64,000 nt of DNA from Octopus vulgaris (GCA_951406725.2 OX597834.1:27714001-27778000), one strand, 5' to 3'. Counted from the first letter of the stretch, positions 40,055-53,729 are shown. Notes: a model not told the origin generated them from the letters alone. Program-made: numbers and translations.

Positions 40055-41340
40055 TACAAACATTCATACGCATACATATACGCATACAAAATGCTTATCT
40101 ATATACTGACATACATACAAACATGCATACATATACACATAAAAAATGCATATCTATATACTGACATACATACAAACATGCATACATATACACATACAAA
40201 ATGCTTATCTACATACTGACATACAAATATGCATACATATACGCATACAAAATGCATATCTATATACTGACATACATACAAACATTCATACGCATACATA
40301 TACGAAATGTATATCTACATACTGACATACATACAAACATGCATACATATACACATACAAAATGCATATCTATATACTCACATACATACAAACATTCATA
40401 CGCATACATATACGAAATGCATATCTACATACTGACATACATACAAATATGCATACATATACACATGCAAAATGCATATCTATATACTGATATACAAATA
40501 TGCATACATATACACATACAAAATGCATATCTATATACTGACATACATACAAATATGCATACATATACACATGCAAAATACATATCTATATACTGACATA
40601 CATACAAACTTTCATATGCATACATATACAAAATGCATATCTATATACTCACATACATATAAACATGCATACATATACGCATACAAAATGCATATCTATA
40701 CACTGACATACATGCAAACATTCATACGCATACGCATACAAAATGCATATCTATATACTGACATACAAATATGCATACATATACACATAAAAAATGCATA
40801 TCTATATACTCACATACATATAAACATGCATACATATACGCATACAAAATGCATATCTATATACTGACATACAAATATGCATACATATACGCATACAAAA
40901 TGCATATCTATACACTGACATACATGCAAACATTCATACATATACGCATACAAAATGCATATCTATATACTGACATACAAATATGCATACATATACACAT
41001 AAAAAATGCATATCTATATACTCACATACATATAAACATGCATACATATACGCATACAAAATGCATATCTATATACTGACATACAAATATGCATACATAT
41101 ACACATAAAAAATGCATATCTATATACTCACATACATATAAACATGCATACATATACGCATACAAAATGCATATCTATATACTGACATACAAATATGCAT
41201 ACATATACACATACAAAATGCATATCTATATACTGACATACATACAAACATGTATACACATACACATACAAAAATGCATATATATATATACTGACATACA
41301 TACATACTAACATGCATACAGACACACATAGAAAAATGCA
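40055..41340. repeat. minisatellite, 51-55-bp unit, >20 copies
   Basis: Unit ~atctatatactgacatacatacaaacatgcatacatatacacatacaaaatgcat (period 55 between 40097 and 40152). Confidence 0.92.
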
Positions 41341-41871
41341 TACCTACTTATATACAAATACACGTACAAACATGTACGCAAACACATACACATCTACATA
41401 GATGCATGAAACACGCATACACACTTAGTTACCTGCATACACACACACACACACACCTCCATACATAAATCCAAACACCATACGCGTCAAGACGACATGC
41501 GCTAATGAGAGAGAAAGACTTCGAAAGAAAGACATTGAAGTGATGCGGTTTTAGTATGACATTTCAGAATTGCACTTTGGGCACGAAAAACTCAAGCAGG
41601 GCCGCTTACGTTGCGAACCTGACCTTTATTTTAATAAAATCTGCTCATGTGAATTGTTCTTATTGCTTTTACACGTATCTACACACACACACACATATAT
41701 GCACACACACACGCACATAGATACATAGACACAATATACCGATACACAGACACACGCACACACAGTGAGACATGTGTATTTGCGTGTGTCTTCAGAAATT
41801 GTGATACAAGTACACAAATGAACAAAATCAATATACATATATGCGTGTGTGAGTGTGTGTTTGTGTATGTG

Positions 41872-41966
<95 letters not shown>

Positions 41967-42268
41967 CAATCGCATATTCATAATCATATGAAAATCTGAA
42001 AATATTTACGTACACATATATGCGTATATATTCGTGTGTAAATATAAACCTATGTGCGTGTGTGCATATATATATGTATATATGAACATACACACACGCA
42101 CACACACATATATATTATGCAGATAAAAGTACGTGCGTACTTATGTATGTATATATAATATTTATATATAGTGAATACATATACTGTGTATATCATACAC
42201 AAGTGTGTAGTTTTATACCTCTCTATTCATCTATCTATCTATCTGTCTATCTATCATCTATCTCTCAA

Positions 42269-42324
<56 letters not shown>

Positions 42325-42417
42325 TATATATATACATATTTACATATATATATATTAATATATACATATTTACATACATATATATATTAATATATATATA
42401 TATATATATACATACTA

Positions 42418-42542
<125 letters not shown>

Positions 42543-42582
42543 TTAATATATATACATATACATATATATATATATACAGATA

Positions 42583-42655
<73 letters not shown>

Positions 42656-43063
42656 CAGTCTACCAACAGTGTTACCTTTATATATCTATCTATCTATTTA
42701 TTTATACGTATGTATAAAAGAAACGTAATTAAGGTAAATAACACTGGTACACACACAAACACACACTCACACACAACACACTCTCTCACACACATTAATA
42801 TTCAATTTTGATTTTTGTACGAAATGGATAAACTACCAGCCGAATTCTTTATGAAATCTTTTTTTTATTATTATTCTCCAGAACAAAGACAATAAAATCG
42901 GAATGGTAAAAATTCTTCGATTTCGGTTCCCAAAAAATATTTTTCTCCATAAATATCTGAAAAATAAACTGTTAACATTTGATACAAGTTAGAAAATTTA
43001 CAATAAGTTTCAGCTTTATTTTATTTTAAAAACCCACACCCATCGAAGTACTCCTATGGGGGG

Positions 43064-43065
<2 letters not shown>

Positions 43066-43095
<30 letters not shown>

Positions 43096-43412
43096 TGTAT
43101 GTATGTATGTATGTATGTATGTATGTATGTATGTATGTACGTATGTATGTATGTATGTATGTATGCATGTATGTATGTATGTATGTATGTACGTATGTAT
43201 GTATGTATGTATGTATGTATGTATGTATGTATGTATGTATGTATGTATGTATGTATGTATGTATGTATGTATGTATGTACGTATGTATGTATGTACAAGT
43301 ATGTATGTATGTATGTATGTACGTATGTATGTATGTATGTATGTATGTATGTATGTATGTATGTATGTACGTATGTATGTATGTATGTGTGTACGTATGT
43401 TTGTATGTATGT
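43066..43412. repeat. long (TATG)n microsatellite
   Basis: Directly visible. Confidence 0.95.
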
Positions 43413-43496
43413 ATATGTGTGTCTTCGTGTGTGTGTATTGTTATTTACGTATGTATTTGTTTATATATACAAATACATGAATGCAGACACACACAC

Positions 43497-43532
<36 letters not shown>

Positions 43533-43912
43533 GCGGGTATATATATTTAGATAGATAGACAGAGAGAGAGAGAAAGAGAGATAGGTAGATAGATGAAAAT
43601 ACCTATGGATATAACCGCTTATATATACGCATGTATATATATATGTGTGTGTATATATACATACCTGTGTGTATGTGTGTGTGTGTGTATAATCATACAT
43701 ATAAGTATATAAGTATATACATAAACACACATACACAAACAAATGCAAATCCACGCACAGACGCACAGCATGTATACCCATATATATACACACAGATTGC
43801 AATACATATGTAGAAGAAAATATATCAACACTTACAAGTTGAAATTTGAACTTTGCAGCCTTTAACGTCATCATCATAATCGTCGTTTTCGCCATCCTCC
43901 TCCTCCTCCTCC

Positions 43913-43970
<58 letters not shown>

Positions 43971-44177
43971 TATTATCATTCTTAGAACTAATTTTTATAC
44001 TTAAATGTTTATAGTAAATAATATATATATATATATGTATATATATATACACACACACAAACACACACACACACACATATATATATATATGTATAGGTAT
44101 ATGTATATATGTATGTATATAGGTATGTATATATATATATATATATATAACTATATATATATATATATATATATACC

Positions 44178-44246
<69 letters not shown>

Positions 44247-44581
44247 TTATGTAGATATTATAGAATTGCTCTTATTAATCTTATCATCATCATCATCATC
44301 ATCATCATCATTCTAGAAATGTATTTTTAAATAAGAATATAATAATAAAATATTGCAATATATATTTTACAAAAAAAAAAAATATACAATCTTAATAAAG
44401 CTATTACAAGTATAGAACTTGGAAGTGTCAAAAAATGTTCTTTGAAACCATTTCTTGTCACATTTTGGATGCCTCTCTTAGTTGGTGGCAAACTTTTCGA
44501 AAAGTTACCGAAATATTGTTTTTACTCTGAAATATCAAATATATCCTACACACACATTCAGATATCGTACTCATAAATATA

Positions 44582-44634
<53 letters not shown>

Positions 44635-45059
44635 TATTTGCTTTTTATTTTTCTTTCGTTCGTGTTTTTTTGTGTTTACTTATTCAGACTACAGTCCGTG
44701 TCATCGCTGTGATTGTTCTCCTTGTTTAAGTTGTTTTTGACAAAATTGTCATCGATGTGGTTGTTATTGTCAGTTTTTGTTACTGGTTGCCCCCCCCCCC
44801 CGCCACTTCCCACCTCATCTCTCAGATCTATAATCAAAGGCATTCTAGCCGTGGCCATCCCGTCTTATTTCTAAGTGCAGTGAACAGAAGAGCAAAGAAC
44901 TATATGTCATTTATCTTATATTGTAGGGTCTGTAATATACGTATCTTTTTGTTTTTTATTTTGATGTGTGGGAGCGAATCGAAGTGGAGTGTGAGACAAC
45001 ATTCATTTCGGAAACTCAGCTAGTATCATAAGCAGAAGCAATCTCAGATTACTTCTGGT

Positions 45060-46002
45060 TACAAACTTACCGTTTTGAATAATCTAAATTAAGAACTTGA
45101 TTCAAATATTTGTGATTATGCATGTTAGAAACACCAGCTTAATTATGACAAAGTTACTTTATTAAATTTCTCATTGTTTTTAAAAACTTAAGACAAAATA
45201 GTGTATTTCAACCGATATAGTAACAAAAGCCTTAAAGTAATCTTAACTAAAGCCTTCCAGGAAAATTATGTTTCAAGCATCAATTTAATAATGATAAAGT
45301 TATTTACTAAATTCTTCAATGTGTTCAGAATCGAAACAAAATAGTGTCTTTCGACGGAAAGAGAGTAGCAAAAGGATTAAAACCTTCCAAAAAAATTCCA
45401 TGCTAATTTGTTTCAAACACTAAATAATGACAAAAATTATTTTACTAGGCTCTCCATAATTTTGAAAATTAATTGAAACTAAATCAATATATTTCGACAG
45501 AACTATGGCAATGTAAATTTTAAACATTTTGATACTACAGTTCTATATTTAAGAGATGAGGAATTATGTACATTATTTACATTATTTACATTATTTACAT
45601 TATTTACATTATTTACATTCGACGGATATTTGTCCTCATCTTGTTTGTTGTTAACACAACGTTTTGGCTGATATACCCTCAAACCTTCTTCAAGGATATA
45701 TCAGCCGAAACGTTGTGTTAATAAACAAGATGAGGAAAAATATCCGTCGAATCTAAATAATGTAAATAAAGTAAATAATGTACTTTTGATACTACTCCCA
45801 CCAGAGATTTCTCGCTGCATTGTATGATACAAACTTCGTAATTTCAAATGATCAAAATGAAACCTTTCCATCAAAATTACATGTTAATTTATGTTCGAAA
45901 CACTATCATCATAAAGATAAATATAATTTCGCTAAATCCTTCATTTTCAAAATTGAAATAAAAGTAACGTATTCCGACAGAAATATGGTAAGAAAGGGCT
46001 AA
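45060..46002. repeat. degenerate ~140-bp repeats resembling the end of a TTAA-type (piggyBac-like) MITE
   Basis: Units ending ...atttcaacagaaatatggtaacaaaagggttaa-like near 45235, 45380, 45520 and 46002. Confidence 0.5.
45539..45783. mobile_element. fold-back HHR-bearing element, family H4
   Basis: Inverted arms about 45568-45675 and 45697-45783 meet inside an HHR (CAGCC-GAAA-CGT-T-GTGT); 12-bp TSD TTTTGATACTAC at 45527-45538 and 45784-45795. Confidence 0.75.
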
Positions 46003-46270
46003 AATAACCAAGAAGAAATCTTTATGAAGAAGCAGTACTTTGTCATTTTAAAAGATCAAAGGTGGCTGGTCTCGTGAAACATCAAAGAAACATAGATAAG
46101 AGAAACATTTGCTTTATATTTAATCATTTTAAAATGCCATGCCTACGACGGGCCAGTCATTATAAAGCGTATACCATTAACCACTTTAAAACGATGGATC
46201 TCTGTCGTTAGACGACGAGGATTCAATAGTTTCGATCACGTGAATTACCGCCTCGTGGAACTGAATGAGT

Positions 46271-46658
46271 TGTTGGAAGCACTCCGTCGGTTACGACGAC
46301 GAGGGTGCCGGTTGATCCGATCAACGGAACAGCCTGCTCGTGAAATTAACGTGTAAGTGGCTGAGCACTCCACAGACACGTGTACCCTTAACGTAGTTCT
46401 CGGGGATATTCAGCGTGACACAGAGAGTGACAAGGCCGGCCCTTTGAAATACAGGTACAACAGAAACAGGAAGTAAGAGTGAGAGAAAGTTGTGGTGAAA
46501 GAGTACAGCAGAGATCACCACCATCCCCTGCCGGAGCCTCGTGGAGCTTTTAGGTGTTTTCGCTCAATAAACACTCACAACGCCCGGTCTGGGAATCGAA
46601 ACCGCGATCCTACGACCGCGAGTCCGCTGCCCTAACCACTGGGCCACTGCGCCTCCAC
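46271..46658 (-). mobile_element. SINE family A, full length
   Basis: 14-bp TSD GGAACTGAATGAGT at 46257-46270 and 46659-46672. Confidence 0.93.
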
Positions 46659-46950
46659 GGAACTGAATGAGTATAACTCTTAGGTAGAACGAGCGTGACA
46701 CAGTCTGCGACGAAGTTGCCCCTGTGTAATTGCGGGTACTGCCTTTTATACAGTTTACTTCTACCAAATTTCACTCACGAGGTATGAGTCGACCCGGGAC
46801 TATAGAAACAAAATGACTTTTGCTGAAGACGCCATGCAACATGATCGAACCAGAAACCTCTTGATTGCGGACGAACCTCTCAATTATTCGGCTGTACTCT
46901 ATTTAATCGCCTTAAAATAACTAACAACGATTTCAAGAAGAAAAAAATAT

Positions 46951-47490
46951 ATAGGTGCAGGAGTGGCCATAGGCGCAGGAGTGGCCATAGGCGCAGGAGT
47001 GGCCATAGGCGCAGGAGTGGCCATAGGCGCAGGAGTGGCCATAGGCGCAGGAGTGGCCATAGGCGCAGGAGTGGCCATAGGCGCAGGAGTGGCTGTGTGG
47101 TAAGTACCTTGCTAACCAACCACATGGTTCCGGGTTCAGTCCCACTGCGTGGCATCTTGGGCAAGTGTCTTCTGCTATAGCCCCGGGCCGACCAATGTCT
47201 TGTGAGTGGATTTTGGTAGACGGAAACTGAAAGAAGCCTGTCGTATATATGTATATATATATAAGTGTGTGTGTATATGTTTGTGTGTCTGTGTTTGTCC
47301 CCCTAGCATTGCTTGACAACCGATGCTGGTGTGTTTACGTCCCCGTCACTTAGCGGTTCGGCAAAAGAGCCCGATAGAATAAGTACTGGGCTTATAAAGA
47401 ATAAGTCCCGGGGTCGATTTGCTCGACTAAAGGCGGTGCTCCAGCATGGCCGCAGTCAAATGACTGAAACAAGTAAAAGAGTAAAAGAGT
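46951..47490 (+). mobile_element. SINE family B with eight tandem copies of its first 18 bp
   Basis: (ATAGGCGCAGGAGTGGCC)x7 followed by the normal head at 47077; partial degenerate copy follows at about 47609-47770. Confidence 0.92.
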
Positions 47491-47811
47491 ATACCCTCGA
47501 CGAGTCATTTTAAAATGAGAAATGTAGGTCATCTTGTGAAAACCCTAGTCATCAATACGATGACCTCACTAATTTGGAGGTTGGTGTAAGAAACAGTTTC
47601 AGAATATAGGCGCTGGCGTGGCTATGTGGTAAGAAGTTTCCTTCCTGACCACATAGTTCTGGGTTCAATCTCACTGCGTGGCACCTTGGGTAAGCTTCTC
47701 GGGTTAATCAAAGCCTTCTGAATGGATTTGGTAGATGGAAACGGAAAGAAGCCCTTCGTGTATATATATATATATACGGGGGGCATTTTCATAGCATCTT
47801 TTCGATGCTAT

Positions 47812-48143
47812 GAAAGCTGTTACCGAATGGCACGAGAAACATTCTAGTGAAATTGAACATTTTATCTGGCCACCAGAGTCCCCAGATGTCAATATTATTG
47901 AACATTTATGGTGCATTTTCGAAAAGCAAGTAAGGAGTCGATATCTTCCACCATCATCACTATAAGAACTGGACACTGTTTTAGCTGAAGAATGGACAAA
48001 AATTTCTTTGGAAGCAATTCAAACTTTGTACGATTCCACACCTCGTAGAATTCAAGCTATAATTACTGCCAAAGGTGATCCTACCCCATATTCAAATAAA
48101 TTTGCTTGAAATTTTAAGGCGTTTCCATTAGTTTGTCCAACTG

Positions 48144-48146
<3 letters not shown>
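47812..48146 (+). pseudogene. Tc1-family transposase C-terminal relic
   Basis: WHEKHSSEIEHFIWPPESPDVNIIEHLWCIFEKQV...L*ELDTVLAEEWTKI...PRRIQAIITAKGDPTPY (WPxxSPDLNPIEHLW motif). Confidence 0.88.
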
Positions 48147-48197
<51 letters not shown>

Positions 48198-48198
<1 letters not shown>

Positions 48199-48303
48199 GT
48201 AAAAGACTTGTTTTATTTATATTCCTGAGCGCCATACTAATACAATTGTTTGTTTGTATTCCACCTGCCTTCGTCTTTTGTTTATTTTCATAAAGCTTCC
48301 CGT

Positions 48304-48305
<2 letters not shown>
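48198..48305 (+). mobile_element. family H1 element truncated at the ribozyme cleavage region
   Basis: Begins cgtaaaagacttg immediately after (TA)n; near-identical to 14724-14831. Confidence 0.8.
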
Positions 48306-48342
<37 letters not shown>

Positions 48343-48344
<2 letters not shown>

Positions 48345-48690
48345 CAACTGCATCGTGGAAGGTGTTTATAAGCCATTTAAGAAACACACAAAAACTGTTA
48401 GATTCACTTCAACATTTAAATTTAATTTGTCAAAATATTTTCATCACTTTGAGACCACAACCCGTTCACTGACAAAACTCCATGCTGCATCTCAGAGTTT
48501 TGTCAGTGAATAGGTCGCGGTCTCAAAGCGACGAAAATATTTTGACAAATTAAATTTAAATGTTGAAGTGAATCTAACAGTTTTTGTGTGTTTCTTAAAT
48601 GGCTTATAAACACCTTCAACGCTGCAATTGTTTTCGTTCCCGCACACGATCTCAGATCAGATCACTTGCTATGCAGGTACATCTCCGTAA
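48343..48690. mobile_element. fold-back family H2 element with two divergent HHR motifs (48426-48476 minus, 48499-48549 plus)
   Basis: Arms about 48343-48480 and 48495-48632 are reverse complements; cores GTGAACG and GTGAATA. Confidence 0.82.
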
Positions 48691-48699
48691 TATATATAT

Positions 48700-49006
48700 G
48701 ATGATGATGACCCCCTTCGGTCAGACACTGACCATGGGTTTGCACCTAGAGAGTTACCCTCTGAGGCACAAGTCTGGGCAAGGTTGTTTTATGGAAGACC
48801 AGCAGTCGCCCATGCATACCGGCCTCCCTCTCCACGTCACCGATGTTGTCCAAGGGAAAGGCAAGGGCCGATACAGCTTGGCACCTGTGACGTCGCAACT
48901 CATTTCTACAGCTGAGTGAACTGGAGCAACTTGAAATAAAGTGCCTTGGTCAAGAACACAACGCGCAGCCCGGTCCGGGATTCGAGCTCACAACCTCACG
49001 ATCGTA
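48700..49006 (-). mobile_element. SINE family D-related copy with (CAT)n tail
   Basis: gctgagtgaactggagcaacttgaaataaagtgccttggtcaagaacacaacgcg...ggattcgagctc is similar to 52860-52950. Confidence 0.65.
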
Positions 49007-49026
49007 AGTATATATATATATAGTAA

Positions 49027-49078
<52 letters not shown>

Positions 49079-49080
<2 letters not shown>

Positions 49081-49240
49081 GACGGGCTTCTTTCAATTTC
49101 CGTCTACCAAATCCACTCACAAGGCTCTGGTCGTCCCGAGGCTACAATAGAAGAAACTTGCCCAAGGTACCACGCAATGGGACTGAACCTGGAACCATGT
49201 GGTTGGGAAACAAGCTTCTTACCACACAGTCATGCCTGTG
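49079..49240 (-). mobile_element. SINE family B, 5' half
   Basis: Reverse complement of the family B head. Confidence 0.8.
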
Positions 49241-49517
49241 GCTTCTAATAACTTCTAATTCGGAATATCCTAAGATATATAGATATCATTTCTATGTACG
49301 AATCGTCTCCTTTAAAGGGTCGGCCACCATTCATTTCCAAATACAAGGGTTTTCTACGAGGTTACTCCCTCAAATAGAAAGAGTTACCAAGTCTTGCAGT
49401 ATCTGCTATCGTCTTAGAAAAGGTTACAGTGAATAACCTGTGGTGGCACATTGCTCACGCTGTTTAGAAGAAATACGGGATGGTCTCGTCTTAAATGTCT
49501 TTCTTTATATTTCATAT

Positions 49518-49731
49518 ACTCCTTTACTCCTTTACTTGTTTCAGTCATTTGACTGCGGCCATATATACGACGGGCTTCTTTCAGTTTCCGTCTACCAAAT
49601 CCACTCACAAGGCTTTGGTCGGCCCGAGACTATAGTAGAAGACACTTGCCCAAGGTGCCACGCAGTGGGACTGAACCCGGAACCAAGTGGATGGTTAGCA
49701 AGCTACTTACCACACAGCCACTCCTGCGCCT
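49518..49731 (-). mobile_element. SINE family B with internal deletion
   Basis: Head joined directly to the tail at gactgcggccat/atatacgacggg. Confidence 0.85.
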
Positions 49732-50686
49732 ATAAAGACATTAGCCGACAAATGACAACAAATATCAACCCACAAATATTACTGAAAGACCAACTAGTCA
49801 TTTTGAAATATTAATATAGGAGCCAAGACTTTATTTGTTCACTCGACCTGCTAAAAGTAGCAGTCAGATCACATTCAGACGGCACCCTATATTTTAAAAA
49901 TCGAAGGACACATTGCATAGAAAAGCCGTTGGCAGATAGATATCGTTGGTCATAGCTAGAATGATTTTAACGTTAGCTGTTCTGGGCAGTAAACCGACAA
50001 AGCTGCAAGTAAGCTCACCGGAAAACCTGCTTGGCAGTATTTCTTCCGTCTTTACATTCTGAGTTCGAATTCCGCCAAAGTCGAACTTGCTTCCATCTTT
50101 TCGAGGTCAATAAAATAAGTACCAGCTGAGCACTGGGGTCGATGTTATCAACTTGCTCCCTTCCACAAAATTCCAGGTCTTATGACTCTAGTATAAAAAG
50201 TAAATTTTAGAACTGTTCTTTCGGGGTTGACACGGGGCTACACACTACCATCACCGCCACCACCGCCGCCAACAACCAATTGTTAGTCGTATTTTTTGGG
50301 GGGTGGGGGAGACTAACAATCAGTCATTGTAAAAGTACTGCCGCAAAATGTATCAAACACTTTTTAGACATTTATTTCCAACTGACAGAATGTCGTCAAT
50401 GCATTTGTCAACCTTTCAACGACACCCAATAACTAAATGGCAATTTTGCCAGTGAATTGTCAGTTAATCCTGAGAGACACCCAAGTGTTCAACACCGTAT
50501 TCTAATAAAGCCATAATTAACGTCTTCCTCTCTTTTTTTTTTTTTTTTTTTTTAGAAGATATTGTTAAGAATCCGAAGACACTTGTGGTCGCTGCGTCAA
50601 CGAAAATCTTCAGTAGTTCAAAATTTTAGATGATCAATCGCTTTGCTGGAAGAAGAGGCTGTGTACTAACCTTACGAATAGCTTTT

Positions 50687-50747
<61 letters not shown>

Positions 50748-51303
50748 TACCTTTAACATTTGAATGTTATATTCTCCCAAGAAGGGCTTTGCTTCCACTG
50801 CGATTAACAACGTCTTTCCATAATGCACGAACTTATGAATAATTTGACAGCGTTTTTAATGCCGTTTAAGAAACAAGCCTGTTTCAATTCACTACATCCT
50901 CACAACAAAAATAATTCTAATTGCGTTATCATCGCTGTATAATTATAATGAAATCTTTATGATCTTCAAGAAAATTTTTTTAAATATTTTTACACGTAAA
51001 GGTGGCGACCCAGGCGAATCGCTAACACGACGAGTAAAATGCTTAGTGGCATTTCGTCCGCCCTTACGTTGAGTTCAAATTCCACCCAGGTCCAATATAT
51101 ATGTCACATATATGTTTCGTGTGCAATGCAATTAATTGGCAAAGTCCGTAGAATGTCCAATGGCATTTTTACCTAGTTGTTTGCCCTCTGAGTTTAACTC
51201 ATCGGATTCAGTACATTTTCTTTTTGTAAAGCCTGTAGCTCAATAGGGGTTTTTTTTTGTTAAACCCCTAGGTAACGGGGACGCAACTACAACAATATTA
51301 GAA

Positions 51304-51533
51304 GGCGGCGAGCTGGCAGAAACGTTAGCGCGCCGGGCGAAATGCTTAGCGGTATTTCGTCTGTCGTTACTTTCTGAGTTGAAATTCCGCCGAAGTTGAC
51401 TTTGCCTTTCATCTTTTCGGGTCGATAAATAAAGTACCAGTTTCGCACTGGAGTCGATGTAATAGACTTAATCCCTTTGTCTATCCTTGTTTGTCCCCTC
51501 TATGTTTAGCCCCTTGTGGGTAGTAAAGAAATA
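51304..51533 (+). mobile_element. SINE family C
   Basis: Matches 15411-15642. Confidence 0.88.
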
Positions 51534-51760
51534 AATATTAGTTGTCAAGCGGTGATGGGGGACAAACATATACACAAAGACTTACACACATAGATATGTA
51601 TATAGGTGTGTATAAGACGAGCCTCTTTCATTTTTCCACTCACAACGCTTTGAGCAGCCCGAGGCTACAGTAGAATATGTCTCTTCGTGTTACCGCACAG
51701 CGGGACAGAAACCACAACCATGTGGTTGGGGAGCAAACTTCTTACCACAGAGCCACACCT

Positions 51761-51924
51761 GCGCAGGAGTGGCTGTGTGGTAAGTAGCTTGCTAACCAGC
51801 CACATGGTTCTGGGTTCAGTCCCACTGCGTGGCATCTTGGGCAAGTGTCTTCTGCTATAGCCCCGGGCCGACCAAAGCCTTGTGAGTGGATTTGGTAGAC
51901 GGAAACTGAAAGAAGCCTGTCGTA

Positions 51925-51968
<44 letters not shown>

Positions 51969-52191
51969 TGTGTGTGTATATGTTTGTGTGTCTGTGTTTG
52001 TCCCTCTAGCATTGCTTGACAACCGATGCTGGTGTATTAACGTCCCCACCACTTAGCGGTTCGGCAAAAGAAACCGATAGAATAAGTACTGGGCTTACAA
52101 AGAATAAGTCCTGGGGTCGATTTGCTCGACTAAAGGCGGTGCTCCAGCATGGCCGCAGTCAAGTGACTGAAACATGTAAAAGAGTAAAGAG
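51761..52191 (+). mobile_element. SINE family B, head-to-head with an older minus-strand copy (about 51540-51759)
   Basis: Matches 24994-25403. Confidence 0.9.
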
Positions 52192-52741
52192 TATAGGGCG
52201 AAGGTTAATATACTTCTTTCTAAACTGGTAGAAGGCCAGTAATGAGGTGGGGGGTAGATGTTAGTACCATAGATCTCAGTATTTTATCGAACCTGGACAG
52301 GTTAAAAGCAAAGCTGACATCGGTGGAATTTGAACTCAGAATGTAAAGAACCAGAAGTAATGTCTCAAAGCAGTTTTACCGATGCTCCCTCAATTCTACC
52401 AAATGGCAGCCTTAAATTTCTTATTTAGACACAATGCCGGCAGTTTTGGAGGGAAGGGTTAGTCGTTACAATCAACCCACGTTCTTGATTGGAACTTTAT
52501 CAAATCGACCCCTGAGGAATGAAAGGCGAATTTGGACGCGACAGAATTTGAACTGAATACCTAATGACCTGGAAGAAATAGTGCCAAGAATTTTTCCTGG
52601 ACGGTCTAATAATAGGTTATGTTCCTGCTAACTGTAAGTGATCATTAGATCAAAGTCCAATGACCTCTTTGTGGAAACTAGGAGTGAGAGTTGATAGAGT
52701 TTGTTTAGTTTCAACACATACATTTAGTATAAATAAAAATA

Positions 52742-52990
52742 AATGCGCCCTTTCAAAGCCTAGTCAGGCTCATGGGCCCAGTTTCCCAGTTTCTATGGCG
52801 TATGTGTTCCCCAGCTGGACGGGACGTCAGTCCATCGCAGTGTTACTCATTTTTGCCAGCTGAGTGGATTGGAGCAATGTGAGATGAAGTGTTTTGCTCA
52901 AGAACACAACGTATCACCCGGTCCAGGAATCGAAACCACAATCTTACGATCATGGTGCTGACACCCTAACCAGTAAGCCACGCGCCTCCA
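52742..52990 (-). mobile_element. SINE family D, full length
   Basis: Head tggaggcgcgtggcttactggttagggtg...gtggtttcgattcctgg; flanked by repeated catacatttagtata. Confidence 0.82.
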
Positions 52991-53394
52991 TACATTTAGT
53001 ATACTTAAAGGATAATGTTTAAAATACTAGCGCTGCTTTTAGTTCGTTATTGAATTTAATCTTACATATACATCGCCGTGGCATACAAGCAAATGGTTCT
53101 TACAATATTTGTATTTAGTCATAGATTTGTCCCCAGGTAGATTCGGGTACGTGGTGTTGATAAACCACAAAAATGGTGAAATTTCGGTATCCATCATACC
53201 TGAATCCGAACGGAGCCGAGTAGCCTCGCCTGTCTATGACATTCGGGTTTTATTAGCAACTGAACGTCATAGACAGTCGAGACAACTCGTGTGTGATTTG
53301 TCGGAGGAAATGCTTGAGTCGTGCAGTTCTGGTCAGCCATCAGAAAACTCACTGGAATTAACCCATAGCAAATTGTGACAAGGCTATTGTTCAC

Positions 53395-53570
53395 AAAAGA
53401 ACATGTGCAACCTGTGAACAGGTGTGACTTTCAGTTGGAGGATTGAAAAAGCATGTCAAAATAATTCCTACTGTGGCACCTGCCCCTACTGCTAGCCAGC
53501 GCAGCTGCGCATTATGCAGTAGATTGTGCAAATCTTTAGCCGGATCAAGAGACAAACAAGGGCCTCACTT
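53395..53570 (+). pseudogene. degenerate paired C2H2-like motifs, probably a retroelement relic
   Basis: RTCATCEQV*LSVGGLKKH and RSCALCSRLCKSLAG; has a stop and has lost His residues. Confidence 0.35.
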
Positions 53571-53646
53571 TGCATTATCAATGACTTCTTTTCAGCGGGT
53601 CTTTCAAGCAATGGCTTTCCTCGTATACAAGAAAACAGCTACTAGA

Positions 53647-53723
<77 letters not shown>

Positions 53724-53729
<6 letters not shown>

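Noticed and set aside
46951-47094. CRISPR-like array
   Set aside because: Contiguous tandem 18-mers without spacers, eukaryotic context, no cas genes; likewise for the 40055-41340 minisatellite.
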